DNA of 18,144 nt from Thermoproteota archaeon (GTDB lineage Archaea; Korarchaeota; Korarchaeia; Korarchaeales; Korarchaeaceae), in contig JAOZFI010000022.1 of NCBI GenBank assembly GCA_027491395.1, forward strand, positions 1 through 18,144. Reading direction: 5' to 3'. Positions 1 to 8,492 of this stretch are shown one piece after another. The stretch's first letter is position 1. Every line of letters begins with the position of its first letter. The notes beneath the pieces were generated by a model. That model saw nothing but the letters and a program-made list of their open reading frames with translations, had not been told where the DNA came from and searched no databases. The translations under genes and the position numbers were made by a program.

Positions 1-2
1 GT

Positions 3-1406
3 AACCTGCAGGTCGCGATACTAGCAGCTGGCAGGTCCAAGACGAGGCACCTCAAGCCGAAGGGGAAGCTGGATCACTGGTTCGGTCTGATATACGCCAT
101 GGCTAACGCGTTGCTGGAGATAGAGAGGATCAAGAGGGGTGAATCCGAGGAGGGGGATCTGAAGGAATGGGAAGAGACCATAGAAAGGGTTAGATCCCAA
201 GATCCCGAGATAGCCAAAGGACTGACCGAGCTCGACGATCGCTACGTCATGGATCTCCTGAAGAGGTACCAGTCCGGAGATCCGGATGCGAGAGAGGTCT
301 TCAGGGAGGTAGCAGAATCAGTCCTGAGAGGTTTCCTCCAGACCTTGGGCAGGATGGGCATAACCTACGATCAGTTCGACTGGGAGAGCGAGCTCATATG
401 GGAAAGCTGGGTGAGGAAATCCCTAGAGAAGCTTGAATCCTCCGGTTATCTGGATAGGGACGGTGAAGCGATATACGTCGATCTTGGGAGGGCGATCAGG
501 GAGAGGGAGGATGTCAGGAGGATATTCGGACTGACAGAGGACGAGGTGAGGAGATTAGAGGAGGAGGGCAGGCTGGAGGAGGTGGTACCTCCGAGGTTCT
601 ACCTCACCAGATCGGACGGTACTTGGCTGTACACGGGGACTGATGTGGCTTACTCCCTCTTCAAGGTGGAGGCTACCGACGTCAGAAGGTGCTACAACGT
701 GATCGCCACCGAGCAGACTTTGGAGCAGAAGGAGGTGAGGGCGAGCCTAGCCCTGATGGGCTATGATCCGGACTTCCTCGTACACTTCGCTTACGAGATG
801 GTCAACCTTATAGGGGTGAGGATGTCTGGGAGGAAAGCCCTCTACATAACGTTAGACGATCTCTTGGACGAGGCAAAAGGCAAGGTTATGAAGATACTTC
901 AGGAGAGGGGGATGAACAGGGATCCGGGGATAGAGGAGATAGCCGAGAGGGTAGCTGTAGGTGCCCTGAAGTATGCCCTGATCAATGTCTCCCCGACTAA
1001 GGTAGTCCAGTTTAGGTGGGAGAGGGTCCTCGACTTAGAGACGAACAGTGGACCTTTCGTCCAGTACTCCTACACTAGGGCCCATAACATCTTGAAAAAG
1101 GCAGGAGAGATCCCTGAATCCTTCAACCCATCCGAACTGTCGTCCGATCTGGAGGTGTCCCTAGTTTACATGTTGGCAGAGTTTCCGGAGAAGGTGAGGA
1201 GTGCTTACCAGCTTCTAAGACCGGATCTGATCTCCCAGTACGCTAATGAGCTGGCCTCGACCTTCAATAAGTTCTACGAGACCCATCCGGTTATCAACGC
1301 TCCTGAGGGAGCGAGGGAAGCTAGGATGTGGCTCGTCATGGGGGTGAGGGGGGTCCTAGGAAAGGCGCTAGACCTCATCGGCGTGCCGAGGCTTGAGAGG
1401 ATGTAA
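3..1406 (+). CDS. argS: Arginine--tRNA ligase (5'-truncated by window edge)
   Basis: The frame is open from position 3 (NLQVAILAAG...KLDHWFGLIYAM), upstream of the ORF-track start at 99. Motifs: FDWESE, LTRSDGTWLY..D.AY, NVIA.EQ..EQ, KMSKS-like RMSGRK, and the anticodon-binding DALR domain (GPFVQYSYTRA..IL, FNKFYE.HPVI, LDLIGV..LERM). Confidence 0.96.
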   Translation, partial: NLQVAILAAGRSKTRHLKPKGKLDHWFGLIYAMANALLEIERIKRGESEEGDLKEWEETIERVRSQDPEIAKGLTELDDRYVMDLLKRYQSGDPDAREVFREVAESVLRGFLQTLGRMGITYDQFDWESELIWESWVRKSLEKLESSGYLDRDGEAIYVDLGRAIREREDVRRIFGLTEDEVRRLEEEGRLEEVVPPRFYLTRSDGTWLYTGTDVAYSLFKVEATDVRRCYNVIATEQTLEQKEVRASLALMGYDPDFLVHFAYEMVNLIGVRMSGRKALYITLDDLLDEAKGKVMKILQERGMNRDPGIEEIAERVAVGALKYALINVSPTKVVQFRWERVLDLETNSGPFVQYSYTRAHNILKKAGEIPESFNPSELSSDLEVSLVYMLAEFPEKVRSAYQLLRPDLISQYANELASTFNKFYETHPVINAPEGAREARMWLVMGVRGVLGKALDLIGVPRLERM

Positions 1407-1413
1407 AACATCC

Positions 1414-2100
1414 TCACCTTCCAATTTCCTTCTTGGACTTGGCGTAATCGCACACGTCCCTGAGGGGACACTCTTCGCACTTCGGGTTCTTAGGACGGCA
1501 GTAAACCCTTCCCAACTTTATCAGGAGGAGGTGCGCCTTCAAGTAGTCTTCTGGGTCGAACAACCTCATTAACGATCCTCTTATCTCCTCGTAGTCGTCG
1601 CTACTTGCTAGACCAAGTCTGACTGCCACCCTAGTGATGTGTCTGTCCACCGCTATGGTGGGTCTCCTCCCCATCAAGCTCAACAGCACGTCAGCAGTCT
1701 TGGGTCCGACTCCAGGCAGGCTGATCAATTCCCTCCTGGCCTCCTCGAGGTCCTTCTCCAGTATTCTCTCTAGTCTACCGCCGCTCAGGAGGGAGGCAAC
1801 CCTCTTGATGACCCTCGCTTTCTGTCTATAAAGGCCCGCCGGTCTCAGGGCCTCCTCCAGCTCCCTCAAACTGAGCTTCTCTATCCTCTCGGGATCTATC
1901 CTGCCCAGAATGTTCTTCAATCTCTTCATGGCCTTTGCGGTATTCTTATCGTTGGTGTTCTGGGAGACTATGGTGGTTACCAGCACCTCAAATGGGTTCT
2001 TGGATTTGCTGGCCATGAGGGAGACGAACTCCTCCTCCTTGAAGTCCAAGGCCCCCTCTAGCCTCCTCAGGATTGCCTTCCCATCCACTCCCTCGATCAA
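1414..2100 (-). CDS. nth: Endonuclease III (HhH-GPD DNA glycosylase/AP lyase with [4Fe-4S] cluster)
   Basis: PFEVLVTTIVSQNTND, HhH motif LPGVGPKTAD with catalytic Lys, catalytic Asp in AVDRH, and the C-x6-C-x2-C-x5-C cluster motif CRPKNPKCEECPLRDVC. TTG start preceded by GGAGGAG, with a TTGA overlap on the upstream stop. Confidence 0.93.
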   Translation of the reverse strand: MIEGVDGKAILRRLEGALDFKEEEFVSLMASKSKNPFEVLVTTIVSQNTNDKNTAKAMKRLKNILGRIDPERIEKLSLRELEEALRPAGLYRQKARVIKRVASLLSGGRLERILEKDLEEARRELISLPGVGPKTADVLLSLMGRRPTIAVDRHITRVAVRLGLASSDDYEEIRGSLMRLFDPEDYLKAHLLLIKLGRVYCRPKNPKCEECPLRDVCDYAKSKKEIGR

Positions 2101-2480
2101 CTCAACTCCTCCTTCAGCTTGGAAGCGAACCTCTTCTCATTCACTATGAAGCGGTGATGCTCTCCCTCACCTATGAGCTTCTCCTTCCAGTAGGCCTCGA
2201 CCCTGAAGACCAGCTTCCTTCCATCCATGTCCACAAGGGTCGCCTTCACCCTGACCTCGCCACCGATTGGAGCAGGGGCCCTGTGAAAAACGCACACGTA
2301 CGTACCCACGGTGGTGTAACCCTCTTCTAGGTAGGGCTCCACGGTTCTGTGGCACGAGATCTCCATAAGGGCTATCATGCTGGGAGTGGAGAGGACCCCA
2401 ACCCCCAAATGATTCGCGGCCATATTCTCCTCAACTAGATAGGTGAATTCGCCGGTAAGGCCAGGCCTCACACCTGACAT
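2097..2480 (-). CDS. Hotdog-fold thioesterase, fluoroacetyl-CoA thioesterase (FlK)-like
   Basis: VLSTPSMIALME and TVGT.V.V.H.AP.P.G motifs with the FlK-type Thr/Glu/His triad apparently intact; C-terminal IGEG.H.RFIV...RF. SD GGAGGTGA precedes the ATG. Confidence 0.85.
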   Translation of the reverse strand: MSGVRPGLTGEFTYLVEENMAANHLGVGVLSTPSMIALMEISCHRTVEPYLEEGYTTVGTYVCVFHRAPAPIGGEVRVKATLVDMDGRKLVFRVEAYWKEKLIGEGEHHRFIVNEKRFASKLKEELS

Positions 2481-2484
2481 CGCC

Positions 2485-3909
2485 TCACCTCCTTACAAGC
2501 GGAACCATCATTATAAGGGTGGACACTAAGAGGATGAACAGAGTGGAAGGGAGCCCGAATATGGGTGTAGTCAGAGACTTCCCCGCGCCATGCACCAATG
2601 CCCAGTACAGGCCTATCAGGAACCCGGAGGCGAGAGATGCTGCCGCGGCGTATCCCATTACCCTACTCCTCCTACCGTAGAACCATCCGATCAAGGTAAC
2701 TGGGGCTAGGGGGAGTAGCAGCGCCGATGCAAGCACAGATAGATCCACTATGAAGCCGATCTTCAGGTAAGCCACGTAACTCAGGACGAGCATTAGGATG
2801 AGGATGAAGATCCTACCCAAGTTTATCGCCGCCCTGTCCTTCCCTCCCAAGTATCGCTGGTACACGTCCCTAGAAGCGGTGGAGGAGAGAGCTAAGACTA
2901 TCGCGTCCATGGTGGTCATCGCAGCCGCCACGATGGAGGTGAAGACGAAGACGGCAAGGGGAAGGGGAGCGTAGCTGAGCAGTAGGGGTGTGACCTGATC
3001 GCCCACCTCGATGACGGGGAGGCGTCCGACCTCGGTCAGGGCCCTGCTTGCGAGTCCTATTACCGTCACTATGACCGTGTAGGAGAGGCCGAACAAGGTG
3101 AAGAGGGTTATGAGCCTCCTAAGGGCCTTCTCGTCCTTGGGTGTGTACAGCTTCTGGACCACTTGGGGATTGGTCACCGCGAAGAAGGCCCAGGGAATCG
3201 AGTATGACACGAAGACCAGGGGAGACCACTTCATACCTAGGAGGCCCTTCCCAGCCATTTTGGCTGTGCCGCTCGCTATATCCGATCCACCCCACAGGAA
3301 GAGCCATACCACGAATCCGATGGCGGCCAGTATCATCCACAGACCCTGGTACAGGTCGGTGGAGGCGAGGCTCCACATCCCAGACAGTCCTGTCCATATC
3401 AGGGCTGCAACCACTCCCAGCAGGATGCCGAGCCAGTAGAGGCCGGGAGCCATCCCCTCAACCATTCTACCGACGGCTATGAGCTGTGCCGAGGCGTAGG
3501 GTACCAAGGCTAGGAGGTACATGGCGGCCACGATGAGGGAGAGCGGCTTCAGACCGTACAGATCTGAGATCATCTCGGCTGGGCTCACCCAGTTCCTCTC
3601 CCTTGCCAATTTCCAGATCCTAGGTGCGACGTAGCTCAGGAGGAATATGGTGGATAGTAGGTAGGTTATCTCGAACCCGAAAGCTCCAACACCGGTCGCA
3701 TACGTGAGCCCGACCAGTCCGACCATCATGAAAGCGGAGTAGGTAGTCGCTGCATAGGATATAGCAGCTAATATACCGCCCAGCCTGTGGCCCGCCACGT
3801 AGTAATCGCTCGTAGTCTTTATTCCTACTCTCCTAGATAGGAGGGCTATAATCGTCCCCATCAGCAGGTAGAGGGTGAGGGTGATCACCGCTGCGGCTAG
3901 CTCCTCCAC
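2485..3909 (-). CDS. Sodium:solute symporter (SSS/SLC5 family), substrate unknown
   Basis: 474-aa polytopic membrane protein with SSS motifs DYYVAGHRLG, ATTYSAFMMVG..G..Y..G, SP.E...D.YG, G.W..A.TD..QG and AAAMTTMDA..L..S....RD.Y. Confidence 0.92.
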   Translation of the reverse strand: MEELAAAVITLTLYLLMGTIIALLSRRVGIKTTSDYYVAGHRLGGILAAISYAATTYSAFMMVGLVGLTYATGVGAFGFEITYLLSTIFLLSYVAPRIWKLARERNWVSPAEMISDLYGLKPLSLIVAAMYLLALVPYASAQLIAVGRMVEGMAPGLYWLGILLGVVAALIWTGLSGMWSLASTDLYQGLWMILAAIGFVVWLFLWGGSDIASGTAKMAGKGLLGMKWSPLVFVSYSIPWAFFAVTNPQVVQKLYTPKDEKALRRLITLFTLFGLSYTVIVTVIGLASRALTEVGRLPVIEVGDQVTPLLLSYAPLPLAVFVFTSIVAAAMTTMDAIVLALSSTASRDVYQRYLGGKDRAAINLGRIFILILMLVLSYVAYLKIGFIVDLSVLASALLLPLAPVTLIGWFYGRRSRVMGYAAAASLASGFLIGLYWALVHGAGKSLTTPIFGLPSTLFILLVSTLIMMVPLVRR

Positions 3910-4079
3910 GAGGCATCCCCCCTGAGGTAGATCAGGGTGACGGTGAAGTGAACCAGCGTGAGAACCAGCCAGAACGCGTATAGCGAGAGGTCCCTACACT
4001 CCCTGAGAGCGAGGTAAGGCACCGTATAGGATAGGGTTAAGACGAGCAGGCTCCACACCAGATAGGCCTTGTCCCTCAT
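3897..4079 (-). CDS. Small two-TM membrane protein, probable accessory subunit of the SSS transporter
   Basis: 60 aa with two hydrophobic segments. ATGA overlap with the ATPase stop and 13-nt overlap with the SSS start. Its position immediately upstream of an SSS gene matches known small partners (yhdT-panF, yjcH-actP). Confidence 0.72.
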   Translation of the reverse strand: MRDKAYLVWSLLVLTLSYTVPYLALRECRDLSLYAFWLVLTLVHFTVTLIYLRGDASWRS

Positions 4080-4969
4080 ACCAACTCCCTCAGGTAATCG
4101 TAAAACCTAAGCAAACCCTCCCTACCCACCGGTTCGTAGTCGATGTTCTCTATCACCCTTACATGGTTGAAGGATGCCTTAAACTCTTCCAGCACCCTCG
4201 CGTGGATCTCGGCCATCCTGTTCAATTTATCACATTTGCAGTCCCTGAGTAGCCTGTTCACGACCAGCGCCCTGACCTTTATGCCCATCCCCTCCAACTC
4301 ATCCCTCATCCTTAGCGTCAGGAGATAGGAGATCTTCTCGGGAATGGCCACCAGTATGAGGTGGTGGGAGTCGCTTGACAGCATGTCCATTATACCTCGA
4401 GCTATGGACCTCCATTCCTCTATCAGTGCCAAGGGATCCCTCCTTCCCCTACTTATCCTCTCCAAGAATCCTTTCAACTTTAGATACATGCGTATGGCGT
4501 CGTTCATGTGGGAGTAGAACTCCTCCTCTATCCTCAGCAATCTGACGCTTCCGCTGGACGCGGGTGTGTCCCAGACTATGATGTCGTAACCTCCCTTTCT
4601 CCAGAACTCGTGCAGGAGGTAGAGCATGAACTGATCCGCTATGCCAGGGGCTCTAGCCACGTAGTCTATGAAGTCTCTCTCCACCGGCAGGAAGGAGGAG
4701 GCCACCTCGTAGACCTCTCCCCCGAATCTCTCCTTCCACATCTCGATCACGGCGCTCTCACTCAGCTCCGCCGCCCACAGCCCCCTGAACCCGTTTACCT
4801 TGGAGGGCTCGCTCCCCAAGGGAAAGTCCAGCACATCGGAAAGAGTAGGGGTCGGGTCCGTCGTCAGGAGGAGGACATCCATCCCATCCTCGGAAAGCCC
4901 AGCTGCCAAGGAAGCCGAGCATGTAGTCTTACCCACCCCACCCTTTCCCCAGAAGCTGACGAGCCTCAT
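4076..4969 (-). CDS. Single-domain ArsA/Get3 (TRC40)-family SIMIBI ATPase
   Basis: Deviant Walker A GKGGVGKTT, switch I-like TTDPTPTLSD, PGIADQ, switch II-like YDIIVWDTPASSG..RLL, V.IPE..S, LVVNR and EP.G...L. Confidence 0.88.
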   Translation of the reverse strand: MRLVSFWGKGGVGKTTCSASLAAGLSEDGMDVLLLTTDPTPTLSDVLDFPLGSEPSKVNGFRGLWAAELSESAVIEMWKERFGGEVYEVASSFLPVERDFIDYVARAPGIADQFMLYLLHEFWRKGGYDIIVWDTPASSGSVRLLRIEEEFYSHMNDAIRMYLKLKGFLERISRGRRDPLALIEEWRSIARGIMDMLSSDSHHLILVAIPEKISYLLTLRMRDELEGMGIKVRALVVNRLLRDCKCDKLNRMAEIHARVLEEFKASFNHVRVIENIDYEPVGREGLLRFYDYLRELV

Positions 4970-4992
4970 CTAGAATGAGAGTGCCTTACAAG

Positions 4993-5014
4993 ATTTAACA
5001 GATAGTAATAAAAA
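4993..5014 (-). promoter_or_regulatory. T-tract terminator of the liv operon plus probable TATA box for the ArsA-like operon
   Basis: On the minus strand, TTTTTATT follows the livF stop. TTAAAT (4998-4993) lies about 24 nt before the ATG at 4969, which has no SD, consistent with a leaderless transcript. Confidence 0.4.
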
Positions 5015-5021
5015 TTGGGAT

Positions 5022-5735
5022 TTAGAGGCCCAGATAGGCCTTCTTTATCCTCTCACTACCCTCCAACTCTTCCTTGGGACCCGACAGGACTATTCTCCCC
5101 TGCTCTATCACGTAGCCATAGTCCGCTATCTCAAGGGACATGTGCACATTCTGCTCGACTAGGAAGACGGTAAGCTTCTCGTCATCCCTCAGCTTCCTGA
5201 TGACGTTCATTATCTCACCGACAAGCTTGGGTGCTAGGCCTAAGGAGGGCTCGTCCATAAGTAGAATCTTCGGATCTGCCATGAGAGCCCTCCCGATGGC
5301 GAGCATCTGCTGCTCCCCACCGCTCAGAGTACCGGCCAGCTGGCTTCTCCTCTCCCTCAACCTAGGAAACAGACTGTACACCAGATCCAAGCTGCTGTCG
5401 AACTTATCCCTCGCTCTCTTGGTGTAAGCGCCCAACTCAAGGTTCTCGAAGACCGTGAGCTCGGGCCAGAGCCTCCTACCCTCAGGGACCATTACTATCC
5501 CCAGCTCGACCCTCTTGTGTGCTGGGAGCTTGGTTACATCCTCGTTTCCCAACAGGATCTGGCCCTTCCAGGGCGGTAGGATGCCACTGGTTACCCTGAG
5601 CGTGGTGGTCTTTCCGGCGCCGTTACTCCCGAGCATGACTGTTATGATGCCTTCATCGGCCTGCAGGTTGATGTTCCAGAGGACTTGAGTCTCCCCATAC
5701 CCAGCATCTATGTCCTTCAACTCAAGAAGAGCCAT
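5022..5735 (-). CDS. livF: Branched-chain amino acid (HAAT) ABC transporter ATP-binding protein
   Basis: GSNGAGKTT, VPEGRR, LSGGEQQMLAIGRALM, MDEPSLGLAP, LVEQN, AYLG. The ATG at 5735 behind GGAGGTGA is preferred over the GTG at 5744. Confidence 0.93.
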   Translation of the reverse strand: MALLELKDIDAGYGETQVLWNINLQADEGIITVMLGSNGAGKTTTLRVTSGILPPWKGQILLGNEDVTKLPAHKRVELGIVMVPEGRRLWPELTVFENLELGAYTKRARDKFDSSLDLVYSLFPRLRERRSQLAGTLSGGEQQMLAIGRALMADPKILLMDEPSLGLAPKLVGEIMNVIRKLRDDEKLTVFLVEQNVHMSLEIADYGYVIEQGRIVLSGPKEELEGSERIKKAYLGL

Positions 5736-6507
5736 CTCCTTCACCTCCTTTCCTCTTGACGAACCTCAAAGCATATCTAGGATCTCCCAGATAGGCGGTT
5801 ATCACCTCTGGGTTGTTGGCCACCTCTTCAGGAGTACCTTCGGCTATCTTCCAGCCGAAATGCAGTACCACTATCCTGCCAGCAATGTTCATTACTGCAT
5901 GCATCACATGCTCTATCATTATGATGCTGAGATCCCTCTCCTCCTTGACCTTCTTTATGATCCCGAGGGCCTCCTCCACCTCCTTCGGGTTTAGACCGGC
6001 CAGCACTTCGTCAAGCAGGAGCAACTCCGGTTCGGCGGAGAGGGCCCTAGCCAACTCTAGCATTTTCTTCTGCCTGAGTGTCAGCTTCACGGCAAACTCC
6101 TCGGCCTTCTCCGCTAGCCCTACTAGCTCTAGAGATTGGTAAGCGATTTCCTTAGCCTCCCCTATAGTTATCTGGTGAGCTCTCTTCCCGAAGAGCGCCC
6201 CGACCATGGCGTTCTCCAGCACCGTCATGTCGTTGAACGGCTTCACTATCTGGTGTGTCTTCGCTATCCCCTTCCTAGTGATGACGTGAGGCGGCTTCCC
6301 CGTTATGTCCTCCCCCTTGAATATCACCCTACCCTCATCTGGCTTATAGACACCAGTTATGATGTTGAAGAGCGTGGTCTTCCCGGCCCCGTTGGGACCT
6401 ATGAGGCCTAAGACCTCGCCCCTCTTCATCGAGAAGGTGACTTTGCTGTTGGCGACCAAGCCACCGAACCTCTTAGTAACATTCTCAACAACCAAGATAT
6501 CCTCCAT
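5722..6507 (-). CDS. livG: HAAT ABC transporter ATP-binding protein
   Basis: KRFGGLVA, GPNGAGKTT, LELARAL, LLLDEVLAGLN, IEHVM, IAEGTPEEV..NPEVI.AYLG. Confidence 0.93.
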   Translation of the reverse strand: MEDILVVENVTKRFGGLVANSKVTFSMKRGEVLGLIGPNGAGKTTLFNIITGVYKPDEGRVIFKGEDITGKPPHVITRKGIAKTHQIVKPFNDMTVLENAMVGALFGKRAHQITIGEAKEIAYQSLELVGLAEKAEEFAVKLTLRQKKMLELARALSAEPELLLLDEVLAGLNPKEVEEALGIIKKVKEERDLSIIMIEHVMHAVMNIAGRIVVLHFGWKIAEGTPEEVANNPEVITAYLGDPRYALRFVKRKGGEGDGSS

Positions 6508-6519
6508 TCAATTCCCTCC

Positions 6520-7533
6520 CTACTCCAAAAGGTCCCTTAGTCTCACTCCCCCCACCTTATACTTCCTCAGGAGTCCTATGAGCCCCTCAGGGAAGAATAA
6601 GACCACTATCGCAACTATGATTCCCAAGATGATCAGGTTCACGCCTGGATAGTGTACTAATAGGAGGTCGTAGAGTTCGAAGTATATCAATGAACCCACA
6701 ACGGGTCCCAATACGGTTCCCAACCCCCCTATGACTATCATGACTATCATGTCTATACTGTGTCCCAAGTTGAATAGGGTCTCGTCCACGCCTCCACCGT
6801 TGAGCGAGAATAGAGCACCCACCATTCCTGCGAAGAACCCAGCTAAGGTGAAGGCTATTATCTTGAACATGGTAGTGGGGACTCCCAATACCTCTGCAGC
6901 GTCCTCATCCTCCTTTATAGCTGTCAGTCCCACGCCGAAAGGCGACTTCCTGATGTAGTAGTTCACGGCCAGCAGGATGATCAGGGTCAGGAACATGGCG
7001 TTGAACACAACATCCTTCTCCACTATCTTGTCAGCTGGCAGGATTATCTGGGCTCCGAAGAACTGCTCCGGATTAAGCTCGGGCACTATGGCCTTCATCA
7101 GATAGAGGGCCGTGAAGTCCAATCCTATGGTGGCGATAGCGAAGAAGGCGCCCCTGAGCCTCAGCACCGCAGCTCCGACGCTGGCAGCTATGGCAGCTGC
7201 GAAGAGGCCAGCGAGCACGGCGACCAAGAACGCCCCGAGACCGAAGCCCATGTTCTGGAGTTCGGCTAGGGGTTTGATGAAGTACACTAAGAGTACGTAA
7301 GCATACCCTCCCAGTCCCAAGAACACCGCGTGTCCGAAGCTCACATAGCCGGCGAATCCCATGATTATGTTCAGCGAAAGAGCGATGCCCATGAAGTACA
7401 TGATGGTCATTAACGTGTCTAGGGTGCTCATTCCCAGCATCCTTGCGATTAGTATCCCGAGCACCACGAACACGATCACTACTAGGGTGGGACTATTTAG
7501 GTAGTGGGATAGAGAGCTCCCCTTACCGGCCAT
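6520..7533 (-). CDS. livM: HAAT ABC transporter permease
   Basis: NIIMGFAGYVSFGHAVFLGLGGY, LRLRGAFFAIAT, SPFG..L.AIKEDEDAA..LGV, GGLGTVLGPVVG, PEGLIG. Confidence 0.92.
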   Translation of the reverse strand: MAGKGSSLSHYLNSPTLVVIVFVVLGILIARMLGMSTLDTLMTIMYFMGIALSLNIIMGFAGYVSFGHAVFLGLGGYAYVLLVYFIKPLAELQNMGFGLGAFLVAVLAGLFAAAIAASVGAAVLRLRGAFFAIATIGLDFTALYLMKAIVPELNPEQFFGAQIILPADKIVEKDVVFNAMFLTLIILLAVNYYIRKSPFGVGLTAIKEDEDAAEVLGVPTTMFKIIAFTLAGFFAGMVGALFSLNGGGVDETLFNLGHSIDMIVMIVIGGLGTVLGPVVGSLIYFELYDLLLVHYPGVNLIILGIIVAIVVLFFPEGLIGLLRKYKVGGVRLRDLLE

Positions 7534-7534
7534 C

Positions 7535-8452
7535 TCACCTCTTCCTCCCGAATATTCCCTCCGGCTTGAACAGCAGGATCAGTATGAGGACTATGAAGGC
7601 GGTGGATAGGGCTATTGGATCACTGATTCTAGGATTGAAGATAGATACCACAACTTTAGACAGGCCATAGATTATCCCTATTATGATGCCGGCGACCAAC
7701 GATCCCACCACGCTTCCGAGTCCTCCTAGCACCACGACTACGAAGCCGAGAGGAGCGTACTTGTACGCTATCTCCGGTGTCACCGAGGCCTCGAATAAGA
7801 GGACCATGAAGCCCGAGAAGACGGTTAGGCCGATTCCCAAGACCGTGGTGAGCAACTTTATCCTCACGGGATTGATCCCGACTAGAGAGGCTGCTTGAGC
7901 GTCCTGCATGACGGCCCTTATGGACTTGCCAAGTATGGTCCTGTCCAAGAAGAGGTAGACGATTGCAACGCTTATCAAAGCGAGAGCGTCCGCAAGCAGG
8001 ATGTTGGTTCTAATAGTTGTTCCCAAGACCCTTATGAAGGGAAGGCCCATGCTCCAGAGACCGAAACCCCTGGGCTCACTCCCGAAGACGTAGTAGTAGA
8101 AGTTGAGCAAGGCTATGCTCAACGCGAACATGGCCAGCAAGGTAGACATCTCTATCTTCAGCGTTATCTTCTCGACCTTGCCCACCAGCTTGTGTAGGAG
8201 CGCCCAGTAAATCAGGAATCCGGCAGCTAGTCCCACTAGTAAGGCCACCAAACCGCCTATCAAGGGGTTCAGACCGTACTGCGTGAACAGGATTATTGCC
8301 ACGTAGGACCCCATCAGTATTGCTTCTCCCTGAGCCAAGTTCACTACCTTCATGACACCCCACAGCAGGGTGAGTCCCACGGCAGCGAATCCTAGGATTA
8401 TGCCCCACAGGAAACCGTTAACGAGATTGATCGCGAGGATCGACACGTCCAT
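7535..8452 (-). CDS. livH: HAAT ABC transporter permease
   Basis: AVGLTLLWGVMKVVNLAQGE, T.LGKSIRAV.QD..AA.LVGIN, VVLGGLGS, KPEGIFG. The ATG at 8452 has GGGTGG upstream; an alternative GTG lies at 8461. Confidence 0.92.
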   Translation of the reverse strand: MDVSILAINLVNGFLWGIILGFAAVGLTLLWGVMKVVNLAQGEAILMGSYVAIILFTQYGLNPLIGGLVALLVGLAAGFLIYWALLHKLVGKVEKITLKIEMSTLLAMFALSIALLNFYYYVFGSEPRGFGLWSMGLPFIRVLGTTIRTNILLADALALISVAIVYLFLDRTILGKSIRAVMQDAQAASLVGINPVRIKLLTTVLGIGLTVFSGFMVLLFEASVTPEIAYKYAPLGFVVVVLGGLGSVVGSLVAGIIIGIIYGLSKVVVSIFNPRISDPIALSTAFIVLILILLFKPEGIFGRKR

Positions 8453-8463
8453 AACGACCACCC

Positions 8464-8492
8464 AAAAATAGGGGAGAGGAAGGGAAGGAGAC
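8464..8492 (-). terminator. Intra-operon pyrimidine tract/oligo-T after the binding-protein gene
   Basis: The minus strand reads GTCTCCTTCCCTTCCTCTCCCCTATTTTT directly after the stop. It resembles an archaeal partial terminator or processing site that would give excess binding-protein mRNA. Confidence 0.5.

Noticed and set aside
4076-4969. Arsenic-resistance operon
   Set aside because: The ATPase is single-domain, lacks the DTAPTGH signature and metalloid Cys set, and has no arsB/acr3/arsC/arsD neighbours. The ArsR-like gene is 11 kb away, Cys-free and linked to hsp20.
6731-6756. Short tandem repeat ATGACTATC x2 plus a degenerate third copy
   Set aside because: It encodes the ordinary IDMIVMIVI transmembrane segment of LivM and is too short to be meaningful.
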